DNA from: Halobacteriovoraceae bacterium
Lineage (GTDB): Bacteria; Bdellovibrionota; Bacteriovoracia; Bacteriovoracales; Bacteriovoracaceae
Reading direction: 5' to 3'
Assembly: GCA_963719505.1 (NCBI GenBank)
Contig: CAVRCF010000004.1
Coordinates: 128,001-192,000, forward strand
DNA length: 64,000 bases
Shown: positions 20,277 through 29,604 of the stretch, in pieces
Layout: each line of letters begins with the position of its first letter
How positions within the stretch are numbered: the stretch's first letter is position 1
Notes under the pieces: model-generated
Seen by the model: only the letters and a program-made list of their open reading frames with translations
Told to the model about the DNA's origin: nothing
Database searches by the model: none
Translations under genes and position numbers: made by a program

Positions 20277-20397
20277 GGTGTTTGATGTCTAAGTGATTAA
20301 TTTTATTATGTGAATTTGGTGTCACTAAAGCATCGTGCCCCTAAACTCCGACTTTTTGACTCCAATTTAAGTCTCAATTTGCCTGACTTCGACTTTT

Positions 20398-21093
20398 CTA
20401 AGGTAAATCTGTGTAGTCTTCCAAGACCGAAAACTTCGAACTAACGACTCTTAAAGCACCTTCAGTATTTTCAAAATGTGGTAATTCTAAAGCGTATTTT
20501 GCACAGTACTCACGGTAGTAGATACTTTTTTGGGGGTGACGAGGATTGCTTAAGTTTATTAAGCGTGGAGTTTCAAGTTGGTAAATCAGTTTAACAGCTT
20601 TGGCGACGTCAATTCGAGCAATAAGATTCAAAGGGTCATTACCATTTTTGAGACCCTTTTTACCAGCAAGATACATTCCGGGGTGTGAACCCTCTGAGTA
20701 AAGGCCACTAGGTCTAATAATAAATGAATGGTCAAAATCAGCTAATAGTTTTTCAATCTTAAAAAGCTTATGACCATTTTCAGTATTTGGTTGAGGTGTC
20801 TTATCTTCGGTGACGACACCTTCATTCTCTCCATAAATTCCCGTTGAGCTTATGAGAATAACTTTCTTATCCTTTACTTCATTTAACCTTTGAATCCAAA
20901 CGTCAGTTGAAAGAGCACTTGGTGGGATACAAAAAATATAGGTATCAAACTTTAAACCAACTAGTGAATCCACATTAAGGTCTAGCTTGATAGAGCCACT
21001 GTGTGGTGTTGTTTTTGAACCAGTAATATCACCTTCAGGAAATTGGTCAATAATAAGTTTTCCAAGCCTTCCGGCTCCAATGACAAGGATCAT
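20398..21093 (-). CDS. NAD-dependent epimerase/dehydratase family protein (YeeZ-like)
   Basis: IGAGRLG, ISSTGIYG, RPSGLY, LNLIARIDV. Confidence 0.8.
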   Translation of the reverse strand: MILVIGAGRLGKLIIDQFPEGDITGSKTTPHSGSIKLDLNVDSLVGLKFDTYIFCIPPSALSTDVWIQRLNEVKDKKVILISSTGIYGENEGVVTEDKTPQPNTENGHKLFKIEKLLADFDHSFIIRPSGLYSEGSHPGMYLAGKKGLKNGNDPLNLIARIDVAKAVKLIYQLETPRLINLSNPRHPQKSIYYREYCAKYALELPHFENTEGALRVVSSKFSVLEDYTDLP

Positions 21094-21509
21094 TTGAGTG
21101 CGTCTTTTACCATTTGCGAAGCGAGCTTTCCATCAAAGCGACCTTTGATTTGTGGTTGGAGGTGCTTCATAATTTCTCCCATATTTGGAGAATCAAGATT
21201 CCCTTTAATCTGATCAATAAGATCTTTAACCTCTTGTTGATCTAGGGACTTCGGAAGAAATTCAGAGAGAACTTTGTGTTCTGCATATATCTCTTTTTTA
21301 GCTTCACTATCATCGGGGTATAGATCAGCAGAGTCTTTAACTTTTTTGGCGTAAGAGATAACGATATCAATTTCCGGTTTTGGATTCCCTGAGACATCAT
21401 TTTCAATAAATAACTTCTTTACGTATCTGAGAGCATTGAGACGAGTTTTATCTCTGGCCTTCATTGCCAGCTTGATCCCTTCGTTTATTTGTTCCTTAAG
21501 ATCACTCAT
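21090..21509 (-). CDS. GatB/YqeY domain protein
   Basis: AMKARDKTRLNALR, LSEFLPKSL, MGEIMK...GRFDGK. Confidence 0.88.
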   Translation of the reverse strand: MSDLKEQINEGIKLAMKARDKTRLNALRYVKKLFIENDVSGNPKPEIDIVISYAKKVKDSADLYPDDSEAKKEIYAEHKVLSEFLPKSLDQQEVKDLIDQIKGNLDSPNMGEIMKHLQPQIKGRFDGKLASQMVKDALK

Positions 21510-22126
21510 TATTTTTCCTTTGTTATTTTTGTAAAAACTAAAATTTTATTATTTGCTGGCATATCAATTTTTTGAGAAAAGATGAGAGATGATTTTTCAA
21601 GGTTTTTCTTTATATCCTCAAAGTTTCTGATACCGCTATTTGGATCTCTTGCTTTTAGGTTCTCATCGAATTCTTTGTTTGATTCGGAGGTAAATTCACC
21701 GTCAAAATTAAAAGGTCCATAGATAATAAATTGACCGCCCTCGATAAGAATCTGATCGATACTTTTTAAAATTGTTTTCACCTTTTTCCAAGACATAATG
21801 TGAAATGTATTGGCCGTGTAAACAAGATCATATTTCTTATTGGGAAGCTTCGTTACACCGGCTTCAAACTCTATAGGATGGATGAGGTTTTTTAAATTCG
21901 CTTGATCAATATAGGCGGATATTGTCTTATGGTTCTCTTTTAAGTCCGAAGTTTGCCAGTAGAGATGTGAAAAATAGTTCCCTAGGTAAGCAGCATGCTG
22001 CCCAGTACCGCTACCAATTTCGAATATATTGCGATCGTGTTTAGTAATGATCTCACTTAGAGCTTTAGCTATAGGTTCTTTGTTTCTATCTGCACTAGGT
22101 GAAAATGGAAGGTCTAAATTCGTCAT
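21509..22126 (-). CDS. DUF938 family SAM-dependent methyltransferase
   Basis: SADRNKEPI, EIGSGTGQHA, YGPFN, SNKEFD, DMPANN. Confidence 0.9.
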   Translation of the reverse strand: MTNLDLPFSPSADRNKEPIAKALSEIITKHDRNIFEIGSGTGQHAAYLGNYFSHLYWQTSDLKENHKTISAYIDQANLKNLIHPIEFEAGVTKLPNKKYDLVYTANTFHIMSWKKVKTILKSIDQILIEGGQFIIYGPFNFDGEFTSESNKEFDENLKARDPNSGIRNFEDIKKNLEKSSLIFSQKIDMPANNKILVFTKITKEK

Positions 22127-22181
22127 GGGTAACTATAAGGCGAAATTTGTCACTTGTCGAAATATTCCATAGAATTTCATT

Positions 22182-22901
22182 ATGGAATTGTTTAAACACT
22201 CAAATCATCGAAACTCAAAGTACCTTGCTTGGTTAAGGGAGCAAAACTGTATTGTTTCTGGAAAAAAAGCCCAGTGTGCTCATCATATAAGACTGGAAAC
22301 AAATGGTGGCCAGGGGATCAAACCTTCGGACTATTTTTGTATTCCTTTAACAAACGAGTTTCATACCACTGGCAGTGGAGCCGTTCATCTGGTGGGAGAG
22401 GAGACTTTTTTAGTAGAAAATAGTATTGATAAGGTTGAGTTTTTTATCTATTATTTACAGCGTTTTATCGAACAGATGCTTGGTTCAAAAGTAGACGTTA
22501 AGAAGCTTGCACGATTAGAGGCCTTGGAAACTCTCATTGAAAAAGTTGAAAGTTTTAATACAACGGGGAGTAAACCTCTCAAAAAGAAAAAAAAGAAAGT
22601 AAAGGCAAAGCCCAAAGTCTCTATAACGGAGAGTGAGTTCTATCAAAAAGCAAAAGAGTTTAAGAAGGAAAAAGATAAAGAACTCAGACAATCTCTAAAG
22701 AAAAAGACCAGTAAGACAAAAGTAAAAATAAAAGAAGATGAATACTATCAAAAAGCTAAAGAGTTAAAAAGACAGTCAGATAAAAAGACCAGAGATGAAA
22801 ATAAAGAGGCGCAGTCAGCCTACAGAAAAAAAATGTACAAAAAGTATAAAGAAGAAAAAAAAGAGTATGATAAAAAGATAAAAGAATCAAAAAGGAAATA
22901 A
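22182..22901 (+). CDS. DUF968-like (phage-type putative nuclease) domain fused to a Lys-rich tail
   Basis: YLAWLREQNCIVSG, AHHIR, GIKPSDYFCIPL..H; C-terminal ~110 aa very K/E-rich. Confidence 0.6.
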   Translation: MELFKHSNHRNSKYLAWLREQNCIVSGKKAQCAHHIRLETNGGQGIKPSDYFCIPLTNEFHTTGSGAVHLVGEETFLVENSIDKVEFFIYYLQRFIEQMLGSKVDVKKLARLEALETLIEKVESFNTTGSKPLKKKKKKVKAKPKVSITESEFYQKAKEFKKEKDKELRQSLKKKTSKTKVKIKEDEYYQKAKELKRQSDKKTRDENKEAQSAYRKKMYKKYKEEKKEYDKKIKESKRK

Positions 22902-22902
22902 G

Positions 22903-23553
22903 ATGGATACCAAAAACCTCATCAAAAAGTTAGTCGAAGCAAATGTTTTTAAGGCCCATCCTTGGCATGGTATTGATTTGTGGGCTGATAAATCCAAAAA
23001 TATTGTAAACGTATATATTGAGATTGTCCCTGAGAATAGAATCAAATATGAGCTTGATAAAAAGTCAGGATACCTTAAGGTCGACAGACCTCAAAAATTT
23101 TCAAATATTATCCCTTCTCTCTACGGCTTTCTACCGCGTACTTATTCCGATAAACACTCAGCGAATTATACAATGAAAAAATTAGGTCGTGATCATTTAG
23201 TTGGAGACAACGATCCCGTTGATATATGTGTTTTAACCGAGAAAAACTTAAAGCATGGTGATATTTTGTTAGAGGCGATTCCAATTGGTGGCTTTAGAAT
23301 GATTGATGGCGGTGAGGTTGATGATAAAATTATCGCCGTTTTGAAAGATGATGCTGTTTATGGAGACTATACTTCTATTGAACAGGTTCCACCCAAAATT
23401 GTAGAATCACTTAAACACTATTTTTTAACTTATAAAGAGATTCCAAAGTCCTCTGATGCAACAGTTGAAATAACTGACACCTATGGAATGGATGAAGCTC
23501 TTCGAATTATCGATGTCTCTGAAAAAGACTACGCCGAGTGTTTTGATGTATGA
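22903..23553 (+). CDS. ppa: Inorganic pyrophosphatase (family I)
   Basis: HPWHGI, KYELDK, YGFLPRTY, DNDPVD, DGGEVDDKI. Confidence 0.93.
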   Translation: MDTKNLIKKLVEANVFKAHPWHGIDLWADKSKNIVNVYIEIVPENRIKYELDKKSGYLKVDRPQKFSNIIPSLYGFLPRTYSDKHSANYTMKKLGRDHLVGDNDPVDICVLTEKNLKHGDILLEAIPIGGFRMIDGGEVDDKIIAVLKDDAVYGDYTSIEQVPPKIVESLKHYFLTYKEIPKSSDATVEITDTYGMDEALRIIDVSEKDYAECFDV

Positions 23554-24016
23554 TCCCTACGAGTTTTTTAAAAAACTAGAAAAGAATCTTATTCAAGCTG
23601 ATATTGAATTGAGTAAAGATTGGTTTATCGATCATATTTGCTACAGGACTGAGTCCCTTAAGGAGTATGAGAAAGTAAAAAGTGATTTCTCTATTGGACA
23701 TGAGCTTTTGGTCGAGTCCATGGTCGGAGGAAGAATGATTGCAACCTTTAAACTTTCACAACCTTTTAAGTATAAGGACTTCATCATCCCTTTAATTGAA
23801 ATCCCTGCCCCCAAAAAGGGGAGGGTCTCTCAATCAGGTTTTGAGCATGTAGAAATAGTCGTAAAAGAGAGCTTTAAGGAATTAAAAGAGAAATTTTCTC
23901 ATCTTGATGTTAAGACGCATTCTTTAACTAAAGCTATCAATCCAGAGCTTGAGGTCGAGTTTAAAGATATGTCGATAAAGTTTCATCACCAATCTCTCGA
24001 AGAAGTCATTGAATAA
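23546..24016 (+). CDS. YecM/VOC family protein
   Basis: DHICYR, GGRMIATFKL, IEIPAPK, GFEHVE, IKFHHQSLEEVI; ATG at 23546 overlaps the ppa end. Confidence 0.85.
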   Translation: MYDPYEFFKKLEKNLIQADIELSKDWFIDHICYRTESLKEYEKVKSDFSIGHELLVESMVGGRMIATFKLSQPFKYKDFIIPLIEIPAPKKGRVSQSGFEHVEIVVKESFKELKEKFSHLDVKTHSLTKAINPELEVEFKDMSIKFHHQSLEEVIE

Positions 24017-24042
24017 GAGAAATCTTTAGTTTAGGATCACTT

Positions 24043-24996
24043 ATGGGCGTTTATTCAAATATTAAATTATCAGAAATTAATGAAATACTAAGCTACTATG
24101 ACTTAGGAAGAGCGAAGTCTTTTGTACCGACAATGACTGGGATTTCAAACTCAAACTTCAAGGTTTCTATGGAGACTGGAAGTGACGTTTTGTTAAAAAT
24201 ATCAAATGATAAAACCATTGAACAACTCAATAATGAACAACACGTTTTAACAGCACTTGCAGACCATAAATTTGAATTTGCTTTAACTCCTTTTCAAACA
24301 ATTCAAGGTAAACCCATCTACCAACATAATAATTACTACGGGGTCGTTTTTCCTTTTATCGATGGGCTTCCTCCAGAAATAGACGCTGACGTTTGTTTTC
24401 AAGTTGGACAGGCCTTAGCAAAGCTCCACTCTTTAGATATCACCAAAGAGGATCTTGAGCATATTCGACCTCACGATGTGGTAGGGTTTGGTAGCCCAGA
24501 TATCAAAGAGTACTTGCAAAATGAAAACGCTGCTTCAGACTTCATAGAAGACTTTAAAACTGTCTTTCCTGATAACCTTGAAAACATCCCTTATGATGTC
24601 TTTCCCGTTGGGATCATTCACGGGGATTTGTACTTTGATAATTCACTTTTTAAAGACGGTAAACTTGTTACCTTGATAGATTTTGAGCAATCTGGTCGCG
24701 GACGATTTATTTTAGACATTGGTATTGCTATTTCTGGAACTTGCTTAAATAGAGACAAGTCAAATGTTGACAGGGCTTTGCTTGAGAGCTTTTTAAATGG
24801 ATATCAAAGTGTGCGAAATTTAAAAATTATCGAAAAAGAATATTTAGATAAAGCTATTTTAGTTGGATTTTTCTCCATTGCGCTTTGGAGAATTAAAAGG
24901 TTTTATGAAGGTAATCTTGATGAATCTAAGAAATATAATTATAGAGAGCTAACTCAACGGGCGAAAAATTATAAAAGAGAATTTATCAAATCTTAA
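24043..24996 (+). CDS. thrB: Homoserine kinase type II / APH-like phosphotransferase
   Basis: MGVYS start, GISNSNF, GIIHGDLYFDN, LIDFE. Confidence 0.75.
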   Translation: MGVYSNIKLSEINEILSYYDLGRAKSFVPTMTGISNSNFKVSMETGSDVLLKISNDKTIEQLNNEQHVLTALADHKFEFALTPFQTIQGKPIYQHNNYYGVVFPFIDGLPPEIDADVCFQVGQALAKLHSLDITKEDLEHIRPHDVVGFGSPDIKEYLQNENAASDFIEDFKTVFPDNLENIPYDVFPVGIIHGDLYFDNSLFKDGKLVTLIDFEQSGRGRFILDIGIAISGTCLNRDKSNVDRALLESFLNGYQSVRNLKIIEKEYLDKAILVGFFSIALWRIKRFYEGNLDESKKYNYRELTQRAKNYKREFIKS

Positions 24997-25642
24997 ACTT
25001 TGGATCAATAATAATATCTTTTTTATCTAGCTGTATTCTCAAGTTTTTTATAAATTCATACGGCCATTTTTTTTGAACAATATTTATAACAAATGTTGGA
25101 ATCATTCCTCCAAAGTCATTTAAGAAAGCCATTTCAAGCTGAGTTTTTCCGGGAGTCTTCACGCTGACAATCGCGTAACCATCGTGAGAGAAACCTCTAA
25201 CATATTCGGGGTTTACTTTTAGATCTTTGTGCTTCTTTATCGACTTCATTTCAACTTTGAGAACTTTGGCTTTCTCGTCAAAGACACCACTACTTCTTAT
25301 AAGAAAGTCTCTGGGACTAAAAGGCCAAGGAGAGCCATAACGGTAGTAGACAATGGCCTCAGAAAAAGAGAGGTCTTCAATAGTTCTAGAGTCCTGAAGA
25401 TACGGGAGCCACTGAGTTTTTCTATCATTGTCAGCTAGGACTGTTACAACTCTAGAGATATCGTGATCGATAATTGTTTTAAACTTAATGGGGACAAGCC
25501 CAGAGGGATGTTCGTAATTTACTGGGGTATAAATCTCAATACCATCTTCGTTTGAGTAAAGTTCCCATTTGATTTTTTCTAGTAAGCTTTCAGAAAATGC
25601 GCTTGTCGATATAAAGAGTAATAGTAATATAATCGTTTTCAC
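24986..25642 (-). CDS. START/SRPBCC lipid-binding domain protein
   Basis: Signal peptide; WELYSNEDGIEIY, PWPFSPRDF, DFGGMIPTFVIN. Confidence 0.8.
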   Translation of the reverse strand: MKTIILLLLFISTSAFSESLLEKIKWELYSNEDGIEIYTPVNYEHPSGLVPIKFKTIIDHDISRVVTVLADNDRKTQWLPYLQDSRTIEDLSFSEAIVYYRYGSPWPFSPRDFLIRSSGVFDEKAKVLKVEMKSIKKHKDLKVNPEYVRGFSHDGYAIVSVKTPGKTQLEMAFLNDFGGMIPTFVINIVQKKWPYEFIKNLRIQLDKKDIIIDPKFKI

Positions 25643-26359
25643 TCATAGTCCCCAAAGGTGTGGTCTGCTTTTGGATTCAATTTGATCTTCAATAGAGTCA
25701 GGAAGGTCTTGAAAGAAGTCAATAGAAGTTAGTGCTTCAATTGTATCAAGAGGCACGAGAAAGGCTCTAAGGTCTTCTTTGGATTTCTTATGAGGGACAA
25801 GAAAAGAGAGGACTTTAATTTCGTTTTTGTCGTGGTAGAAGATAATTTTATAAAAAACTTTTGGAATATTTAGATTGCGAGACTGGTGGGTGGTTTTTTT
25901 GAAATCGAAGATCACCCCGGTTATCACTTCATAGTTTTTATGAGGTGCTGTAAGTCCTCGAACAAGATTTTCTAGCCTTTTCCATACACCGCGGTTAAAA
26001 CTTGGTGATTGTGCCGCAACATTTGTCATGAAAAACGTCTCTCTCATAGCGAGGTCACTTATTTTCATATCAGCAGCGGGAACCAAGTGCCCTCGGTCAA
26101 AGCCGGAACCATAGTAATGTTCTGGCCTTGGTGAGTACTTAGGGATGAGAGGATCGATAAAAAATTTATTTTCACGTCTTGCGTTACCTCTGAACATCTC
26201 TTCATTCAAAGTATATGAGACCCAACGAGCGAGTTTTTTATTTTTGCTAAAACATGTCTTGTAAAAGGAGTGAGATAAGACGGTATCGTTGCAGGTGTGC
26301 AAACTCGCAAAAGCGAGGTTGGTAAGTATTAATCCGAATACTGCAATCATTTTCATCAT
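25643..26359 (-). CDS. DNA/RNA non-specific endonuclease
   Basis: GFDRGHLVPAAD, TFFMTNVAAQ, FNRGVWKRLE, IPKVFYKI. Confidence 0.93.
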   Translation of the reverse strand: MMKMIAVFGLILTNLAFASLHTCNDTVLSHSFYKTCFSKNKKLARWVSYTLNEEMFRGNARRENKFFIDPLIPKYSPRPEHYYGSGFDRGHLVPAADMKISDLAMRETFFMTNVAAQSPSFNRGVWKRLENLVRGLTAPHKNYEVITGVIFDFKKTTHQSRNLNIPKVFYKIIFYHDKNEIKVLSFLVPHKKSKEDLRAFLVPLDTIEALTSIDFFQDLPDSIEDQIESKSRPHLWGL

Positions 26360-26517
26360 TCATCCTTGAACTGTGTCTAAATGTTATCGTATTGTGAACA
26401 AAGAACCAAATAAAAAACAAATTATATATAATTTTCTAATTTTTTCTTACAAGAGCTCTCAATCCTAAAATCCGTGGTTTAATAGTTTAAATTTAATTAA
26501 TAGATCACGGAGGATTT

Positions 26518-27735
26518 ATGAAAATGATCATGACGATCGGACTGCTTGCAGTCACTGCTTCAACAGCATTTAGTGCAGAATATATTGTAAAACTAAAAGA
26601 CTCAGATACTGCAGTTTTAAAAAACTTTAAGGCTTCAAGACTTCTTAATTTAAGTTTTGGACATTTTGCCGTGGTTGAATCCGACCAAAAATTAGATTCC
26701 TTAAAAGCACTTTCAAATATTGAGTATATTGAACCAAACTATACTTACACAGCATTTACTTCTCCAAGCGATGCTAATTTCTCTAAGCAGTGGGGCCTTC
26801 ATAATGATGGGAGAAACTCTGGAAGCATTTGGTCTCCGGGGAAGAAAGGCGTTGATATTTCAGCTCTTGAAGCTTGGAAGATCACTAAAGGTGATCGAGC
26901 GGTAAAGATAGCTGTCATCGATACAGGTGTTGATTATAACCACCCTGATTTAGTTAAAAATATTATGGTTAATCAAGCTGAGCTTAACGGAACAGATGGA
27001 GTTGATGACGATAATAATGGTTTTATTGACGACGTTTATGGTTACGATTTTGGAAATAATGACAATGATCCGATGGATGGGCATGGACACGGAACTCACT
27101 GTGCTGGTGTTATTGGTGCAAGTCATAATGCTGAAGGTATTGCTGGTGTTATGGCAAACGTTCAAATTCTTCCCATCAAGTTTTTAAAAGACAATGGTTC
27201 AGGGACACTTGATGCTGCTATTGGTGCAATCGATTATGCCATTTCTCGTGGAGTGGATGTAATGAGTAACTCTTGGGGTGGATCTGGTAACTCACAGGCA
27301 CTTAAAGAGGCGATTATAAGAGCACGTGATGCAGGAATTACTTTTGTAGCTGCTGCTGGAAACTCTAATCAAGACAATGACTCTACGATGACTGTTCCAG
27401 CTGGTTATGATATCGAAAATATCATCTCTGTTGGTGCTCTAGATGGTAAAGGTCAAAAAGCAAACTTTTCAAACTATGGTAAAAACTCAGTTCACGTTTT
27501 TGCTCCAGGTGTAGATATTTACTCAACTGTTCAAAACGGTGGATATAAAAAGATGTCTGGAACAAGTATGGCATGCCCACATGTTGCAGGAGTGGTAGGA
27601 CTTGTCCTTTCTTCAGAGCCAAACATGAGCTATGCAGATATAAAAACGAGACTTATGTCGACGTCGATTAAGTCATCAGACCTGTCAAAATATACAGCTT
27701 CTGGCTATGTTGATGCAGCTTTATCTCTTAAATAA
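26518..27735 (+). CDS. Subtilisin-like S8 serine peptidase
   Basis: Triad motifs VIDTG, HGTHCAG, GTSMACP; signal peptide and propeptide. Confidence 0.95.
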   Translation: MKMIMTIGLLAVTASTAFSAEYIVKLKDSDTAVLKNFKASRLLNLSFGHFAVVESDQKLDSLKALSNIEYIEPNYTYTAFTSPSDANFSKQWGLHNDGRNSGSIWSPGKKGVDISALEAWKITKGDRAVKIAVIDTGVDYNHPDLVKNIMVNQAELNGTDGVDDDNNGFIDDVYGYDFGNNDNDPMDGHGHGTHCAGVIGASHNAEGIAGVMANVQILPIKFLKDNGSGTLDAAIGAIDYAISRGVDVMSNSWGGSGNSQALKEAIIRARDAGITFVAAAGNSNQDNDSTMTVPAGYDIENIISVGALDGKGQKANFSNYGKNSVHVFAPGVDIYSTVQNGGYKKMSGTSMACPHVAGVVGLVLSSEPNMSYADIKTRLMSTSIKSSDLSKYTASGYVDAALSLK

Positions 27736-27749
27736 TTAAATATTGGAGG

Positions 27750-29499
27750 GTAACTGCTCAATAAAGTGTTCTTCAAATCTTTAAAAATATTTATTTTGAA
27801 CTAAACATCAGAAATTGTTTGGCCATCCATCTCTTTTTTGTAAATATATCTCCATGGCATTTGATGAATTAAAAAACATGGCAATGGGATGGGTAAATAC
27901 TTGGAATAAAGGCAAACTCAAAAGAAAGTTAAAAGAGACTGCTCAGCGTGCTGTAGACCTTACTATAGAAAATTCAGAGTTGGAAAAAAAGAATAGTGAA
28001 CTCATAGATGAAGTTCGTCGTCTCAAAGGTGAAAAAGAAAAACCTAAAATAAAGCCAACAAATACTAGTGACCTAAATCCACCTCCGAAGAAAGAACATA
28101 AGAAAAAGTCTAAAAAGAAAGATATCGAAGTTGATGAAGAGATTGAAATTTCTCCAGATAAAAATGAACTCCCTAAAGACGCTAAATTCATCGGTTCTAG
28201 AGATGTTGTGGTCCAAGAAATAGTATTTAATCGCAGAAATATAAAATTCTCTATTAAGAGATATTACTCTGAAAGTCTTAGTAGAGTTATCGAAGGTGAG
28301 ATACCTTCAGGTTTCAAGGGCCATCAGTTTGGTCCTAAACTTCGGGCCCACATTCTTTATTTGAATTACAAATTAAGAGTTCCCCACGAAAAGATTAGAG
28401 AAATGCTCTCTGAGCTAAAAATTGATATTAGTGCTGGAACTATAAATTCAATTCTAAATAACCTGACTGATGACTTTCAGGTTGATCTGGAATCCGCAAG
28501 ACATGCAGGACTAAAAAGAGATTCGAAAGTTCATATCGATGATACTGGGGCGAAAGTTAATGGAGTAAAAGCTTACACATTTGGAGTAAGCCATAAGTAC
28601 TTTACTAGCTTCACTACGAGTTTTGAAAAGAATCGTTGGGCATCGGTGGGAGCACTCTTTGGAGGTGAGCAAAGGTTTATTTTCGATAGAGCTGCAATTG
28701 ATTTTATTGGTAAGAAACTAAAACGTCCCAAGGTTACAGTATTTTTTAACCTTCTAGAAAAGAAGATAAGTTTTAGTCGAGAAGAATTAGAGGTCTTTTT
28801 TGAAGATTCGACTTTCTCAGATGTAACTAAAAAACAAAAAGATATCGTTAGAACTGCTGGTGCACTTAGTTATGCGAACTCTAGAGCGAATGGACCACCA
28901 ATAAGATTTTTAATCTCAGATGAAGGGACAAATTTTAATGGGCTTCATAGGAACCATCAGCTTTGTTGGGTGCATGAGATTCGTAAATATAAGCTATGTG
29001 AGGTTTTCAAAAGAATAGAGAGTGAAACCCTTGAGAAATTGGTTCGTCAGTGGAGAGCTTTTTATAAGCTCATGAAGAGGTACAGGAATAATCCTGACAC
29101 CGTTAAGAGAATACAGATTCGATCAGAATTTGAGAGGATCACGTCTTTAAAAACATTAGTTAAACCACTGGATGCACAGCTTGGAAGAACAAGAAAGAAT
29201 AGAGATAAACTTTTACTATTTTTGAAATACCCACAACTTCCTCTGGATAATAACCTTTGCGAAAGAGACCTTCGAGAACGAGTGATAAAAAGAAAAATCT
29301 CACTTCAAAACCGCTCATTGAAAGGAATGAAGTCTTGGGACTTGATGCTTTCACTGGCCTCAACTTGTAGAAAAATAAATTTGAGTTTTTGGCGATATTT
29401 AGAAGATCGAATCTCCCAACGAGAAGAAATTCCATACCTGGGCAAGCTAGTTCAAGCTATTTAAATCCTATAAATTTAAACACAATATTGAGCAGTTAC
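27750..29499 (+). mobile_element. IS66-family insertion sequence, single-ORF (ISBst12-like organisation)
   Basis: IR GTAACTGCTCAATA ... TATTGAGCAGTTAC; 8-bp TSD ATTGGAGG at 27742-27749 and 29500-29507. Confidence 0.9.
27854..29464 (+). CDS. IS66-family transposase
   Basis: N-terminal coiled coil; HIDDTG, LISDEG, HQLCWVHEIR, PLDNNLCERDLRERVIKRKIS. Confidence 0.9.
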   Translation: MAFDELKNMAMGWVNTWNKGKLKRKLKETAQRAVDLTIENSELEKKNSELIDEVRRLKGEKEKPKIKPTNTSDLNPPPKKEHKKKSKKKDIEVDEEIEISPDKNELPKDAKFIGSRDVVVQEIVFNRRNIKFSIKRYYSESLSRVIEGEIPSGFKGHQFGPKLRAHILYLNYKLRVPHEKIREMLSELKIDISAGTINSILNNLTDDFQVDLESARHAGLKRDSKVHIDDTGAKVNGVKAYTFGVSHKYFTSFTTSFEKNRWASVGALFGGEQRFIFDRAAIDFIGKKLKRPKVTVFFNLLEKKISFSREELEVFFEDSTFSDVTKKQKDIVRTAGALSYANSRANGPPIRFLISDEGTNFNGLHRNHQLCWVHEIRKYKLCEVFKRIESETLEKLVRQWRAFYKLMKRYRNNPDTVKRIQIRSEFERITSLKTLVKPLDAQLGRTRKNRDKLLLFLKYPQLPLDNNLCERDLRERVIKRKISLQNRSLKGMKSWDLMLSLASTCRKINLSFWRYLEDRISQREEIPYLGKLVQAI

Positions 29500-29502
29500 A
29501 TT

Positions 29503-29528
29503 GGAGGTGTTAGAATTCTAACACCTCC
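29503..29528. terminator. Perfect 26-bp palindrome, probably the original terminator of the subtilase gene
   Basis: GGAGGTGTTAGAATTCTAACACCTCC; its left arm overlaps the IS66 TSD. Confidence 0.65.
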
Positions 29529-29604
29529 CTATCTTTCCTACATTCCAACAAGCTGTAATTCCAAAAAGATGAGATTATCTTAAAAATCAATTTTTGGAGA
29601 AATC

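Noticed and set aside
20095-20325. 76-aa minus-strand ORF overlapping sRNA copy 2 (MEGFFCPTSKALR...)
   Set aside because: In copy 1 the equivalent ATG is ATA and the frame stops early; the ORF spans the sigma54 promoter; substitutions preserve base pairing rather than protein
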